DNA from: Podarcis gaigeae
Taxonomy: Eukaryota
Reading direction: 5' to 3' (one strand)
Length of the DNA stretch: 64,000 bases
Assembly (NCBI GenBank): GCA_964106915.2
Contig: OZ066916.1
How positions within the stretch are numbered: the stretch's first letter is position 1; each line of letters begins with the position of its first letter. Shown piece by piece: positions 11,050 to 23,268 of this stretch. The translations under genes and the position numbers were made by a program. The notes under the pieces were generated by a model. It saw nothing but the letters and a program-made list of their open reading frames with translations, did not search any database and had not been told where the DNA came from.

Positions 11050-13180
11050 TGTCTTGTGGCCATTCTTTGTATAATTTCTTCCTGTGCATCTGTTTAGCAA
11101 ATTAAAAACCAGCAACCTAAGATTGATGGGGAAGCAAAGGGGGGAATGTTACATTCCTGATTTAGAAATTAGGTTTTTGTTTTGCCAAAGGTAAATACTA
11201 GAGTTTCCTCCAGTTAGAACAGTGCTGTATAACTGAACAAAGTGGGTAGAACTGTGAAATTTCCCCAAAATGTATGCAGCAGCCAAGAGGAAAACGCCAT
11301 ACTGGTATAGGGATAGAAAAGAGTTGTGCGATGATTTTCTGTCTACAGTACCTCAGTGTCTAAGATGAATAGGAAAGTAAAATCATCTGCCAGAAATAAT
11401 ATATCAAATAGGTTTTCTAAACAAACATGTTGCATACCTTGACATTGAGAGCAATAGTATTACAAAATTACTTATGTTCTTCTCACAAACTGTTTGTATA
11501 CATATGCAAGGAATAATATCCCAAAGATGCTGTCTGAAAGGAGAGTATTGCTGAGATTTTTGCCAGTGAAGTACTAGGGGGGAATCTGATTCCTAGGCTC
11601 CCTGGGAAAGATGTGCCAGATCTCCCCCCACCCCATTCCCTCTATCTACTTTCCTTGGGTAGAAGTTGCTAACAAAGTCCTTTCTTGGCATACTTTATTG
11701 GTTCCCCACCCTTTCCCTATATGACTCAAGATTTTGCTCAGTATTTGTATTAGTACGTTTTGTGGTTAATTTAATTAAAGATAAAAAGGGCATTGCAAAC
11801 TTGCTGAACAACAGTTACCTCATTGAGTGTGTCCAGTGGTGCAGAAGATGTTGTTTTATCTAATGCTTTGCTACTTTAGAGAACAAACCAAAATGTGCAG
11901 AGGAGAAGATAGAAGGCACATTCTTTTCTTTTTTGTAAATCTTTTTTGTTTTGCTAAGCCCAAAGATACCATGTCGGCATACAAGGTGTAGCAAAGAATA
12001 CATGTATATTTATAGATATTTATGCCAATATACCATGTATGTGTGTGCATGCGTATATTTTATACCACTTAAGTTTGTGAGACAAACCTTATAATGAAAT
12101 CTTACTTGCATAGCTTGCTTCACCTTCCAAAGGTATGACTTAACAGCCTCCAGCCCATGCTACTGTGCTAAGGAAATCAGTAATTGTAATTCCGAGTCTT
12201 AATCCTCCAAACCATTACTCACAAACTATTTGTCCACATATTATAAAATTCCCACAGAATTCTGTGAAGATTATGTGGCTGAGTCTTCTATCCCTCCCTC
12301 TCATATTCTTGCAGAAGACACGTCTGTGGAGGGGGGGGGGACACTTTAAGAAATCGTTGCTGGGGGAAAAAACAAAATCTCACTCACCTATGTATGGTAT
12401 AAATATAATACAGAATGGTAATTTGTTTTTATTGTGCAGTCTGTTGACTGGATCAATAAATAGATTGATTGAGATAATACAGATTGGTAAAGGGCAGGAA
12501 GAGCTGTTTAAAATGTCGAGTGAAGTCTGCCATTGTTTTCTCTGCTTCTTAAAAGGTGATCACGTGATCACATGTACGTAACGGAGGGGGGAAATAACAG
12601 CGTTGTTACACCCTGTTCTACTGTGTGTATATACATTCCTATCTCAACATAGTCTTAAAGAGTTAGACTGTTTCAGAAATGATATCAATCTAATGCCTTC
12701 TTATTTAAGATACCAAACATATCTCTGGTCTAAAAGTAGCTCAAGGAAAACTTTAAATATAGCTTTTTTGAAGGAAGGGCTACTGTTCATTACATTTCTG
12801 CTCCCGTAAATTGTGAGGCAAACATATTTAAATGTAGCAATGTTTCATAAATGTAGGATTTAACTGTAGGATAAACCAAAGTACCACTACTATGACTGGA
12901 CACACTGTTGCTTTTATTAATTGCCTGTAGTGCTTTCCTGTATTTGATACAAAATTTTACAAAGATTTATATGCATCAGCTTTAAAATTTGCTTCCTTTA
13001 TGTCCAATCTTCTCTCAGTTTAGGACCTTTACATGTGAATGTAGCAACAATCAGTGTTGGTTTTTTTAAAGAACAGGCTCTGACCAAAGTTAACAGGCTT
13101 TTTACTTTGCTAGAACAAACTATCTTATGTTTACGTACTGGTTTACATTGTTATTTATGTGCAAAAATGTCAAAATGTAA

Positions 13181-13186
13181 ATTAAA
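13181..13186 (+). terminator. Probable PRDM1 polyadenylation signal (ATTAAA)
   Basis: ATTAAA preceded by TGTA and followed by U-rich sequence at the end of the UTR-like block. Confidence 0.6.
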
Positions 13187-13469
13187 TATAAAATGTTCAT
13201 TGCTTTACCCAATGAGTCAGCTCCATTTCTTAGATAACTTGTATTTCATTTCCACTTCTCAGTAACATAAGGTATATGACAGGTTAAGAACGTTTCTCAG
13301 CCGGATGGTCACATTACCTTGTGGGGGAACTTCCTGAAGCCACATGCCAATGGGTGGATGAGACCACAGACAAAAGTGTGCAAAACAATGGATGGAACCT
13401 TTGCCCTGTAGCAAAACTTAAGAGGTTTCCCCAAATAGCTCTGTCCAGGCAAACAGAAGGCATTGTTAT

Positions 13470-14350
13470 AGCTTTTATTTTATTATTTATTGATTTTGTA
13501 TACCTCCCTTCATTTGAAGATCACTGTGTGGTTCACAACATAAAAATACAAAATGAGAACAGAAAATGCATCACAAAACAAAAGAAACCAATAACCCTGC
13601 TCCCACAAACACATGTAAAAGGCCATAGAACATTAACCAGCTAAAGGCCTGGTTATAGAGAAATGTTTTTGCCTGGTGCCTAAAGATATGTAATGAAGGC
13701 ACTAGGCGAGCCTCCCTGAGGAGAGCATTCAACAAACGGAACTGCTACAGAAAAGGCCTATTCTGGTGTTGCCCCCTTCTGGGCCTCTGGACGGAGGCAC
13801 CCAAAGAAGGGCCTCAGATGATAACCATGTTGGTTTATAGGGAGTGAGGTGGTCCTTGAGGCATTGCAATCCTGAAAAGGCTCCATTAAGTGGGCGAGGG
13901 TGTTCAGAGACACTCATGTCAGTGACGTGAGCCATTTGGATGTTCCAGAGATCGACCAGGGCTTTGACAGAAGTGCCAGTCATATCAACTGGAAAAAATC
14001 CCCCAGAGCCATCTGGAAGCCCACTGGATCTCTCAGCCCCCACACAACTGGACAGAAAGCCTGAAGAGAGAAAATAAAATTTCTATAGACCACAGCAACT
14101 CTCCCTCCCCAACCTTCAAGTCTAACAAAGTTCTGAGTACCCAGGTGGGCATAGCCAGGTGAGACCAATTCCACCCTGCTCACTCACCCAGGTCTCGGTG
14201 GTACAGGCCAGATCGGCCGCCTCATCCATAATCAGATCATGGAGGTGTTACTCCGAGCCAACCTGGCATTCAGCAACAGCAGCCGTAGACCTGAGGGCTG
14301 GCTGATAGGACAACCACAACTCCCCAGATTGGAGGAGGGGCTGTTCAAAG
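13470..14350 (-). mobile_element. Internally deleted L2-clade LINE (endonuclease start + linker + 3' end, RT missing)
   Basis: Minus strand reads LLLNAR..HDLIMDEAADLACTTETWV..GGRVAVVY, then DPVGFQMALG..ALVDLWN, then LKDHLTPY..REARLVPSLHIFRHQAKTFLYNQAF and an AATAA-rich tail. Confidence 0.75.
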
Positions 14351-14828
14351 ACACATTTCAATCACACACAAAGGAGGGCACATAGCAGGGCCCTTTTCCA
14401 GGACACTCCATTCCATTCCTCCCACCTTGAGGCTTCCACCACTCTGCCCCAAAACAGGCACTCAGTCTGACTGCTTGAGCATGGTCAGTCCTCATCGGGC
14501 TGTTTTGGGGCATAAAGTTGCCTCTTTAGGTTTTTAACCTAAATGGTGTTTTCGTTTTTCAATTTCTGCAAACCTTGGGGTTCCCCTGTGCATACTGATG
14601 CCACCTTCCCCTCCCCCAGTAGCCTCATTTTGGCTTCATTGCCATCAAAAACAGTACTTGAGTTTGCTATTAGTATATATAAGGGAGAGCCGCAACAAAA
14701 CCTTGCAGTGTGGAATGAGCTTCCACTCAGACTTTCAGCCAGCAAGCTATTTCCTTTGTGAGGATCTACAATTCCATGTCCTCTCACTGCTTTTCCATTC
14801 TCCGCTGCCGCACAAAAGACATTTCGGG

Positions 14829-14832
<4 letters not shown>

Positions 14833-14862
<30 letters not shown>
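14833..14862. repeat. (TG)n microsatellite
   Basis: Perfect tgtg run. Confidence 0.95.
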
Positions 14863-14863
<1 letters not shown>

Positions 14864-17624
14864 CCATTGAACATGCTCTGCTCTTGTTAGGCTGTATTTG
14901 GGTTCCCTGCCACCCACCCTCACCCTTTATGGGCTTTGCTTTTCTAAAGCATTTTGCATGACAAACCGGTCTTCTGATAACTTTGCTCTTGGCTATGCAT
15001 TGTGCTTAAGTACTATAGAGTCCAATGGGCTTTCAGTATGCCAAGCGTCTTCAAAAATGTATATTTTCCTTTGAGAGGGGAACATTTGGAAGTTGTTACA
15101 TTAGACACCTAAAGCCTCTGTGTCTCTCTGTATTGCAGTTTGGTTTCTACCTGGACAGCAATAGTCCCATATTCTGCATGCCAGACAAGTCCTGATACAT
15201 TTTTAAGAAATTAGATGTGAATACAAGCTAAGTCTCAGAGAGTCACGAAGCATTCTTACTTCCTTCCCTCTGCACCAGTCTCAACTGCATAATAAACGGG
15301 ACTTTTCCCACAAAGCTAATTCCACATTTGCTATTTCTATCAGCTAACAGCAGATCTAAAACAGGACAGGCCATGTGGCATCCTTTCCTATCTAAACTGG
15401 TAGAGGAATAATGTTCCTTTTCATATTGAGACACTCAACTCCGTATGATGTTTTAAAAGTATTCCTCTGTCCTCTTAAATTCATTTAAACATCTGTCTAA
15501 GGAATTTGAAAAACTGCCAACACAAAACTGTGGAGTTAAGAAAACCAGAACACCTTTGTCATAAATGTGCCAAATGGTGCATGTTATACTCCTATATTCT
15601 ACAGGTTTTTTATATAAAAAAAACAACACACACACATACACAGGTACACATGCACACACACACACCTTAGATTAACCATTACCACCATAAATCATACTTC
15701 ATTACTTGGCAAAGAGAGACATTAGTGCTGGAGAGTTATGTCCTGGGGTCACTTGTAAGCTTTGGAAGATGTTTCATAAAACACATTACAGTCAAAAGGC
15801 AAAGTGTATTAGAGCCAGCAATCTCATCAGGCTGCGATGGGCCAGCAGCTGCTGCGTTTGCTATTCTGTCAAAACTGAAGCCAGTTCCCTCTGAGAACAA
15901 AATCCACTGCCCTTCCTAAGATTAAAAGAAAGCAATTAATAGACTGATTGGACTTGGAAGGAAACACCCAGTATAAGTAATAAACACCACTGATAAAATT
16001 AAGCCCTGGCATTATCAATTGCCTCTTAACACTGCTGTAGGTTTCTACAACTCTCATGGAAGATTCTTTATCACAGTGCTGTAATAAAGATGCTTACTGG
16101 TTTTATAGATGCTCACTTGTACTTTGCCAGTTATTCTTTTTTTGGAAAGGAGTTTATATACCGAAGATCTGGGTGCTGTAAGATGGAAGGCTGTTGAGCA
16201 TACATGGTGTCCTCAAGCCCCCTTTTGCTGGAAATAAGCTACAGATCATTCCTGCCTAGGGAGGAAAAGGAACCCACAATATTGCTAGAACAAAGAGGAC
16301 CGCCATGCCAGCCCCTACTAAACGAGTTTCATGCATGAGTGGGATAGTAGTAGTTGAGTTGAGTTGAGGGCAGGTTGGGAACACAGGGTTATATCCAATG
16401 CTGGCTGTACTTAGCAGAGCCATGGAAATGAATGAACATGACTGTTTTAAGAACCATTAATTTCAATGGGTCTCTTCAACTGGTAAAACTTAACTGGAGA
16501 AAACCAACAGTATTAGCAAGGCTACCAGACCAGCAGCAAATTTGTAGCAGGAGGAGTCATCCATATTAACCACCCTCGGGTTTCTTAAAGGGCAGCTTCT
16601 AGATTTTTTTGGACTACATCAGCTCCAACGAGCATGGCCAAAACATTTAGAGAGCACCAGGTTCAGGAAGGCAGTTATAGAGTATCTTTCAGTGTAGCTC
16701 CTGAGAAAATGAGAACTTTCTTTTCTACTGAGGTAAAGAGAACCACAGCTGCTTCATTGAGAGTTTGCTTATTGTTTATCCTCTTTGTGTACTCTTGTCT
16801 ATCAAATGGTCAATGCAAAATGAAGCCAGGCAGCCACATGAAGCCTCGGTGCTCCTCTAGATATAAATAACTGACAGAATTTGCCTCATTTTTAATCAGC
16901 TTCCCCATCACCACCAGTAAAACACAAACACACAATTATTCAAGGCCCAGTCTTATTTGGCCCAGTTAGAAGACATTTGTTTTCTCAAACTGTCAGCAAA
17001 TTTGAAAGGTGGAAGGGTACATTTTTTATTATTTAAAAAAAGTGAAAACTGGGCTTATGAACAAGCAGTTAAAATGCTGTGTGGTCATGAGGTTTTAAAA
17101 CACTCTTTGAGTCGAGTCATATGGAGAATTGCTTTTGCAGGACCTTTGAGCTGGAGTGAGAGGCTCGTGTTCTAACCTCCCTTTACAAAAATGAGTGCAT
17201 GTCGTCTCTGTGGGTGTGAAGTATCTTTGCTCTCCCCTACTGGCAAGTTTCATTTTGATTTGCCTTCAGAAACCCTGAGGACAATCTGTGCTTGACTTAT
17301 CACCACAGAATATTGACAGCATGACTTCATCACAGATCCACCCAGCAAAACCTAAAGTGCCTTTCTACAATAAAATTAAGTGAGTCAATAAAGTCAGTCA
17401 GTTTGCCAGAAGCTGCCTTGGAAGGCGAATTGTAATATGGAACCAAAGTGCCTTGTTAGTGCTCTGCCAAACTTCCAGCAATATTCTATCTTTTCTCTTA
17501 ACATTGGTAACAACCAATGATGAGTAAGGAAACATCCTAGTAAGCCTTGTTATCGCCAAAACTGAGTGTATTTTTCAGTGGGCAGGAATGGGAATGCTGC
17601 CCTGTGCACTGGGCCTTAAGACAT

Positions 17625-18260
17625 TAGTAGTAGTTGTGGTGATTGTGGTTGGCATCTGTCCGTCTGTCTCAGGAGACAATTGAAAAGTGTGCCTTCAGAG
17701 GTAAACTCAAACTGTTGGAGAGTTACGGTGCCTGCGGCTGGGGCAGATGAAGGTATCTGGTTGCTGCTACAGGTGCACCATGGCATTTCTTCTCTCTGCA
17801 CTCCTCCCAGCAGTCATTCCTTCTCTGGTAACTGCTGTAGATACACAATCTGACTGTCTCCAGGCACTGTATTCGCCTGCAAGGGATTCCCACATAGTGG
17901 GGTTAATGTTGCCAGCCTTCAGGTTACGTTTGCAGACATCTTTGTAAGGTAGATTTGGTCTGCCAATGGGCCTAGTGCCTGAAACCAGCTCCCCATTGAG
18001 CTTTATTGGGAAGTTTGCCATCATCCATTCTGTGTACATGACCAAGCCAGTGTAGACATTGCTAAGACAAAAGTGCAAACATGCTGGGAATGTGGCTCAG
18101 AAAAGCACATCTGTGTTTGCTGTCTTGCCAGGTGATGCCCAAAATCTTCCTGAGGCAATGCATAAGAAAGGCATTGAGGTGTTGCTCCTGGCAGGTGTAA
18201 GTTGCCCACAACTCACTTCCATAAAGCAGTGTGCTCAACATGCAAGCCTGGTAGACCTTC
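17625..18260 (-). mobile_element. 5'-truncated RTE-clade LINE, not BovB
   Basis: KVYQACMLSTLLYGSELW..CLRKILGITWQD and GELVSGTRPIGRPNLPYKDVCKRNLK..WESLA..AWRQ, followed by a short-repeat 3' tail. Confidence 0.85.
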
Positions 18261-20969
18261 ATCTAATAATAATAATTTCCATCATCTGCTTCTCTTTCAA
18301 ACTGAGGTCCCTACTATGATTCATCAACGATTTCTTTATCTGGTTACTCTTCTTCACATTCTTCCAGTTCAGGAAACCACCAGTAGGTTCACTTTATCCC
18401 AGTTCTGTTGATGGGAACCGGTGGCACTTGAGATGTTTCTTGAGTTCCAGTTCCCAATAGTCCTAGCCAGTGTGGCCAATGGGTAGGGAGTTGGAGTTCA
18501 ACAACATCTGGAGGGTCAGAGGTTCCCCATGACTGGGATAGGGAGAGAAATAGGAGCATGTAAGTATTGTCTGTTTCAACCTGCAAAGGTTTTGACTCAA
18601 TCAGATTGCTCCAAATTCAATCAGTGCATCTCCCATAACTTGCTGCTGAAATCCTGTAGCTTTTTAACCTTAGGTGTTTAGTTTAGGCCAGGGTTTAGTT
18701 TTGTCTTCTTGTGCTGTAGTCCCTCCAGATAGCAATAACGTGGCAACACTGGGAAAGCATCACAGAAGAAACTAAAGCAGAAGGAATCCACCAGCAATGT
18801 ACCAGTATTGTGCCAAGAACATTTTGCAGAAGATACCTGCAAGAAAACACCAATCTGGAGGGAGTCCTGGACTTCTTCCGTACAGGACAACTGCTGCTAG
18901 ACTTCTTGGAACTCTTAAGCAAACTTTTCAATGCTGATTGAAGTGAATATTGGAGAAGATTTTGACTCTCAGGCAGTGAACTGGGTATTTTCATCTTTTT
19001 TAGTTCTACATATGGGCTCCAGGCTGAAACAGACACTGTCCTCCCTCCATTCCTCCACCCCTCCATCACTTCTCCAAAATGCATTATCTTCACATCAAAA
19101 CTACAGCTGGTCCTACAACTCATCCCAGAGAAACTTATTATCTCTCATCTGTTGCCAGAAATACTCCACGCCATTAGAGGGCTGGAATCTTCAAAAATGT
19201 GCTGAAACCAAGTGGCCTATCACTTCATGTAACTTAGGAACAAATGGGTATTGGACTGGACACTCATCTTTGTTCCTGCTTCAGATCTTGAACCACTCAA
19301 AGAAATAAAAGTTACATTTTCTTCCCAAACCAGAGATCATAGCACTGTTCTTTGAGAGGATGATGAAAGGGAAGCTTCTTTTTGCATTACTCGATTTTGC
19401 CTGAACATGATATAACGAAATTGGAGCATCATTTTTTATTCCTACATATATTTGCCACTCTTGATGATTTCCAAATGCAGACACCTATGCTAATTTATTC
19501 ACATGTTCATTCTGCATTCTGCGCCTATGAACTTGGATTACTTTTCTGTTGCTTTGCAATCCTTCCACTTCACAAAAACACACACAGATAGAACAGAAAT
19601 CTCACATTCCTGCAAAATTGGAGAGGCGGTATTTTAAACGAGCTCTTGCTGACAATTCTAGCAAGCAGTTCTTTTGACAATTAGAAACTTCCTCTCCAGT
19701 CATACACCCTGAACAGCAAAAGCAACATCCCAGTTGCCACTCATCAGCTTTGGAACTAACTTCCTCCAAGTTTCAAAGAAGCCAGCACAATGCAATGTAA
19801 CATGCTTTTACTTGAATGCTGGGAAAGTATGTTGATGATGCATTTGTGAATGTTATGTACCCTGAGCTTTTAGGAATAATGTGTGCAAAAATCCCAAATA
19901 AAAAAAAATACTGAACAATAACAAAGAAATGTAAGGCAATGGTAACGACAATGGTAACAACAACCATTAATTGCACATTCTCAAAGGCAGAATAACTGTG
20001 TGTCAGACTGGCTCGATAAAACTTCCTCTCTACCTACCCTCAGCATTTTGTTATCTTCAAACCAAGTGTGTGATTGGTGAGGCAAACAGAAGATGACCAC
20101 ACATCTTGTTCTCTCACATTTGAAGAGCAATAACTATCAACCCTAGTTCTATGCTCAGAATCTCTTAACTTCATTCATAAGCTTGTATTGAAAGTGTGAG
20201 GGAAGCTAACCCTTTCCCCCACTCTTGAACAAGCTCACTTTTTGAGGAAGGCATGGTGGTTAAAGTGGTCTAAGAGCCATCTAATCCAAGTGAAGTGATC
20301 TCAAGTAGGTGGCTTCAAAGTTGCCTTTCCCCACTCACTTCAATTCTTTGTTTCCTGGCCTTTTACAAACTGATGTATTAATACAAGTGGCGCAACAACT
20401 CCAGTCATTTATCTTCCATTAGTTTATCTTGTAAGTTTGACCCTGAAGTAGGATTCAGGAGTAGAAATATTACACATGGAGATTGCACCCATTTAGCACC
20501 ATTTGTTTTCTTCTCCCAGCCTCACTTGCTCACTTCACTTCTATGTGTGAGGGAGAGGATAATATAAACAGAGTGGAGCTCTTAAACAGATAGGTGCTGT
20601 GTTCACTTCTGCTCCAGGTGTTATTGCAGTGACACACAGTGAGTGTTACTGCATTAACTGTCAGTTGATTCCGTGTACACCCACACAAACACAAATTACT
20701 CCTACCATGGTGACCTTGCCAGTATTTAGTAGGCCCTGGTGTTTTGTTTTGTTTTAACATGCTTCCTGGTTTCTTCCATTATGTCTCTCCTGACTAATTG
20801 AATGGGCTCACCTCTTTCTCTTCCAACGCACAATTTGGTAACAATGGAAATTAAACTTTATACATATATTGGTTGCTGTTAAGAAGGAAAGTCCATTGGG
20901 GTTTATGGTGCAAAGTTATTGTTTTAGGGGTGTCTTTATCTTTTTTCTTTTTTTTTTTTTTTGGTGCAA

Positions 20970-21598
20970 TTATATCCAGAACCCCTGGCCTACCTGGCAG
21001 CAAGTCAGTATGCCAAGCCCAAGGTTCAAAGTCCAAGGGTCAATTCCACACAACAAAGTCCAACAGTCAGGAAACACACTTCAGGGTCAAGCCAATTCCA
21101 AAGTCCAGCAGTCAGGATAGAGTCAGTTCCAAAGCACAGCCCTGTAGGGGTCCAAGAACACCCAAGCCAAGGTTCATCAACATGGACAGCAGACACAGCC
21201 CCTCAGCTCTGCTCCCCTTTTGTACTTTGCTGATTGCAGCATCTGGGCTTGACGAGGCAGGTGACCCTCACCTGTTCCAAGCTTCCTCCAGCAGAGGAAT
21301 CACACCCCTCCTCCCAGAAGTAGGGAGCTGGGCTGTGGGCCCTTGCTTGCCTCAACCTCCTAGAGCACCACTCCCACAGCTCCTCATACCTCAGGGCCCA
21401 CTGTGTTTGTGGGGACTGGGGCCCCTCTGGCTCTGGTGATAGGTGCTGCTGCTCTGGTTTGTGCGCACTGACCTCCATCCCCTCATCATCCTCCGTCACC
21501 CTGTGAGTACTTCCTTCCCCATTCCCTGCTTGCCCAGTCTGCTACACCCCTCGCAGGGATCCTCTTCCTCCCCTCTGTCATCCTGCCAGTTCATGACA
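20970..21598 (-). mobile_element. Probable solo LTR (Gypsy-like), one end degenerate
   Basis: GC-rich block beginning TGTCATGA on the - strand, with degenerate internal repeats (caaagtcca.cagtcagg); overlapping ORFs have no recognisable domain. Confidence 0.45.
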
Positions 21599-23130
21599 AA
21601 TTACAGAACGTGCACACTTTGCACATGTGTGCTTTGCAATTACAGTTTTTACACCCAGGGCATTGTTGCGATGTTAGGCCCACAAGGCCTAAGACCCAGA
21701 CCTTTTGTGCCAGGCCTCAGATTGCCTTCTCCCTCTTTTTAACTTCCTTTATCTTTTTTTAAAAAAATATAGGGCAATTGGGAGTGCTACAAAGTGAGAT
21801 GCATGTGACACTTTAGCTATCACACACCCTAGGCTGTGTACACACATTTAAAGCACATTTGAACCCTATCCTTCTCAAAAACTCTAGGCCACTGCAGCTT
21901 GATAAGCTCTGTGAGAGGTGAACTACAGTTCACCTAGGATTCTTTTTTTGGAGGGTGGGGATGTATGCTTTAAATGTATGTTGTGTATGTGCCTTAATTT
22001 GCCCAGAGGCCAAGGCAAGCTGCAGAGAAACAGTCAGGACATGCCAGGGCAGTTCTCCAGCAAGCAGCCTGCTCTGCTGCCACTGCTGCTGCCCACCTCT
22101 GTGTGAGACAGGTACTATGTGTGGAGAGGTAGGAGGAGGCCTAGGGGCAGGGTGGAAGTTTGGGTCAGCTGTAAGGTGCTTGGCAAAGTCTAAGGGGAGT
22201 GGCAGGGAGCTGGTGAGGTCTGGAGGGATTGGCGAGAAGGGGTTCAGCTCAACACACAGCCCCAGAAAAAATGGGGCATTCTGTATTTTCAGGTTAAATC
22301 TAGATAGCCATTATAGGTGCAGCACTCTCACACCCCGAAAAAAGTGGGGGGGGGCAAAACAATGCCCAGGTCATGTTACTTGCCCAGGAGCACATCTTGG
22401 AAGGCACATGGCATTGGAAAATGTTAGATGGTATGACACAGTGCACTCAAACCAGAAAATCTTGTTGGTCGCCATATCTCAGAATAAGTCCTGACAGAGT
22501 ACATTTTGCCCTATGACAGTCAACCTAAATGTGCATCTATAAATATAAACTAGCACATGCAAGTTGTAATGGGCATTTGTACAGTGGGCCTGTACCCCAA
22601 GTGTTTGAAGTAATTTACCACACAGTCTCCCTACTTTATACCTTAAAACCAGGATTAACCATATATTTGAATGGGGTATATATGCATACTCCACTCACTC
22701 CTATGATTGAGAATACATGCATACAGAACCAACACCAGAGATAGGACTATGGCAAATATTTTTACCTTTTGAGCCACAAAAAAACCAGGATTTTTACAAA
22801 CCATGATGAAGCAAGGAGGGACAAATCATTCCTTAGAAATGAAACAAAAAACCTGTAACCTTTCCTTAAGGAAAGGTATCCAAACCAGAGACAGAGATGT
22901 TTACCAAGCACACTCTCATCCATTGGGATATACAGCACAGGTATAGCGGTTAAAGTTGACTAACAGAAAGCCCAAAACCTGCTTCATGCCTTAACTGTCT
23001 CTGCTTCTTAAAGAATATTTTCACTCCCATTCTACTGGTCTACGTCTAGTATAATGGATGGGCTTGAGATGAATATCTTAAGGCAGTAGACTAAAGGGGT
23101 TGGGCTTAACTCCAATACCCAGGTTTAGTT

Positions 23131-23268
23131 CAGGGCCAGGGAACCCATGGTCCTCCAGCTGTTGTTGGACTACAACTTCCATCACCCCAAACAACTGGTC
23201 ATGCTTGATGAGGATGATGGGAGTTGTAGTCCAACAGCACTGGGTAGGCCAGAGGTTTCCCAAGCCTG
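23131..23268. mobile_element. hAT-like MITE
   Basis: CAGG...CCTG termini, palindromic interior, imperfect 8-bp flanks gtttagtt/ttttagtg. Confidence 0.7.

Larger units (their letters stand above)
10612..13210 (+). other. PRDM1: PRDM1 3'UTR
   Basis: AT-rich, TE-poor stretch after the stop codon with several miRNA seed matches, ending shortly after ATTAAA at 13181-13186; end inferred. Confidence 0.7.

Noticed and set aside
12165-12581. 138-aa ORF
   Set aside because: Lies in the PRDM1 3'UTR, non-ATG start, crosses a poly-G run, no coding signature.
20873-21742. 188-aa and neighbouring ORFs
   Set aside because: They run through a poly-T tract and a GC-rich LTR-like repeat; low complexity.
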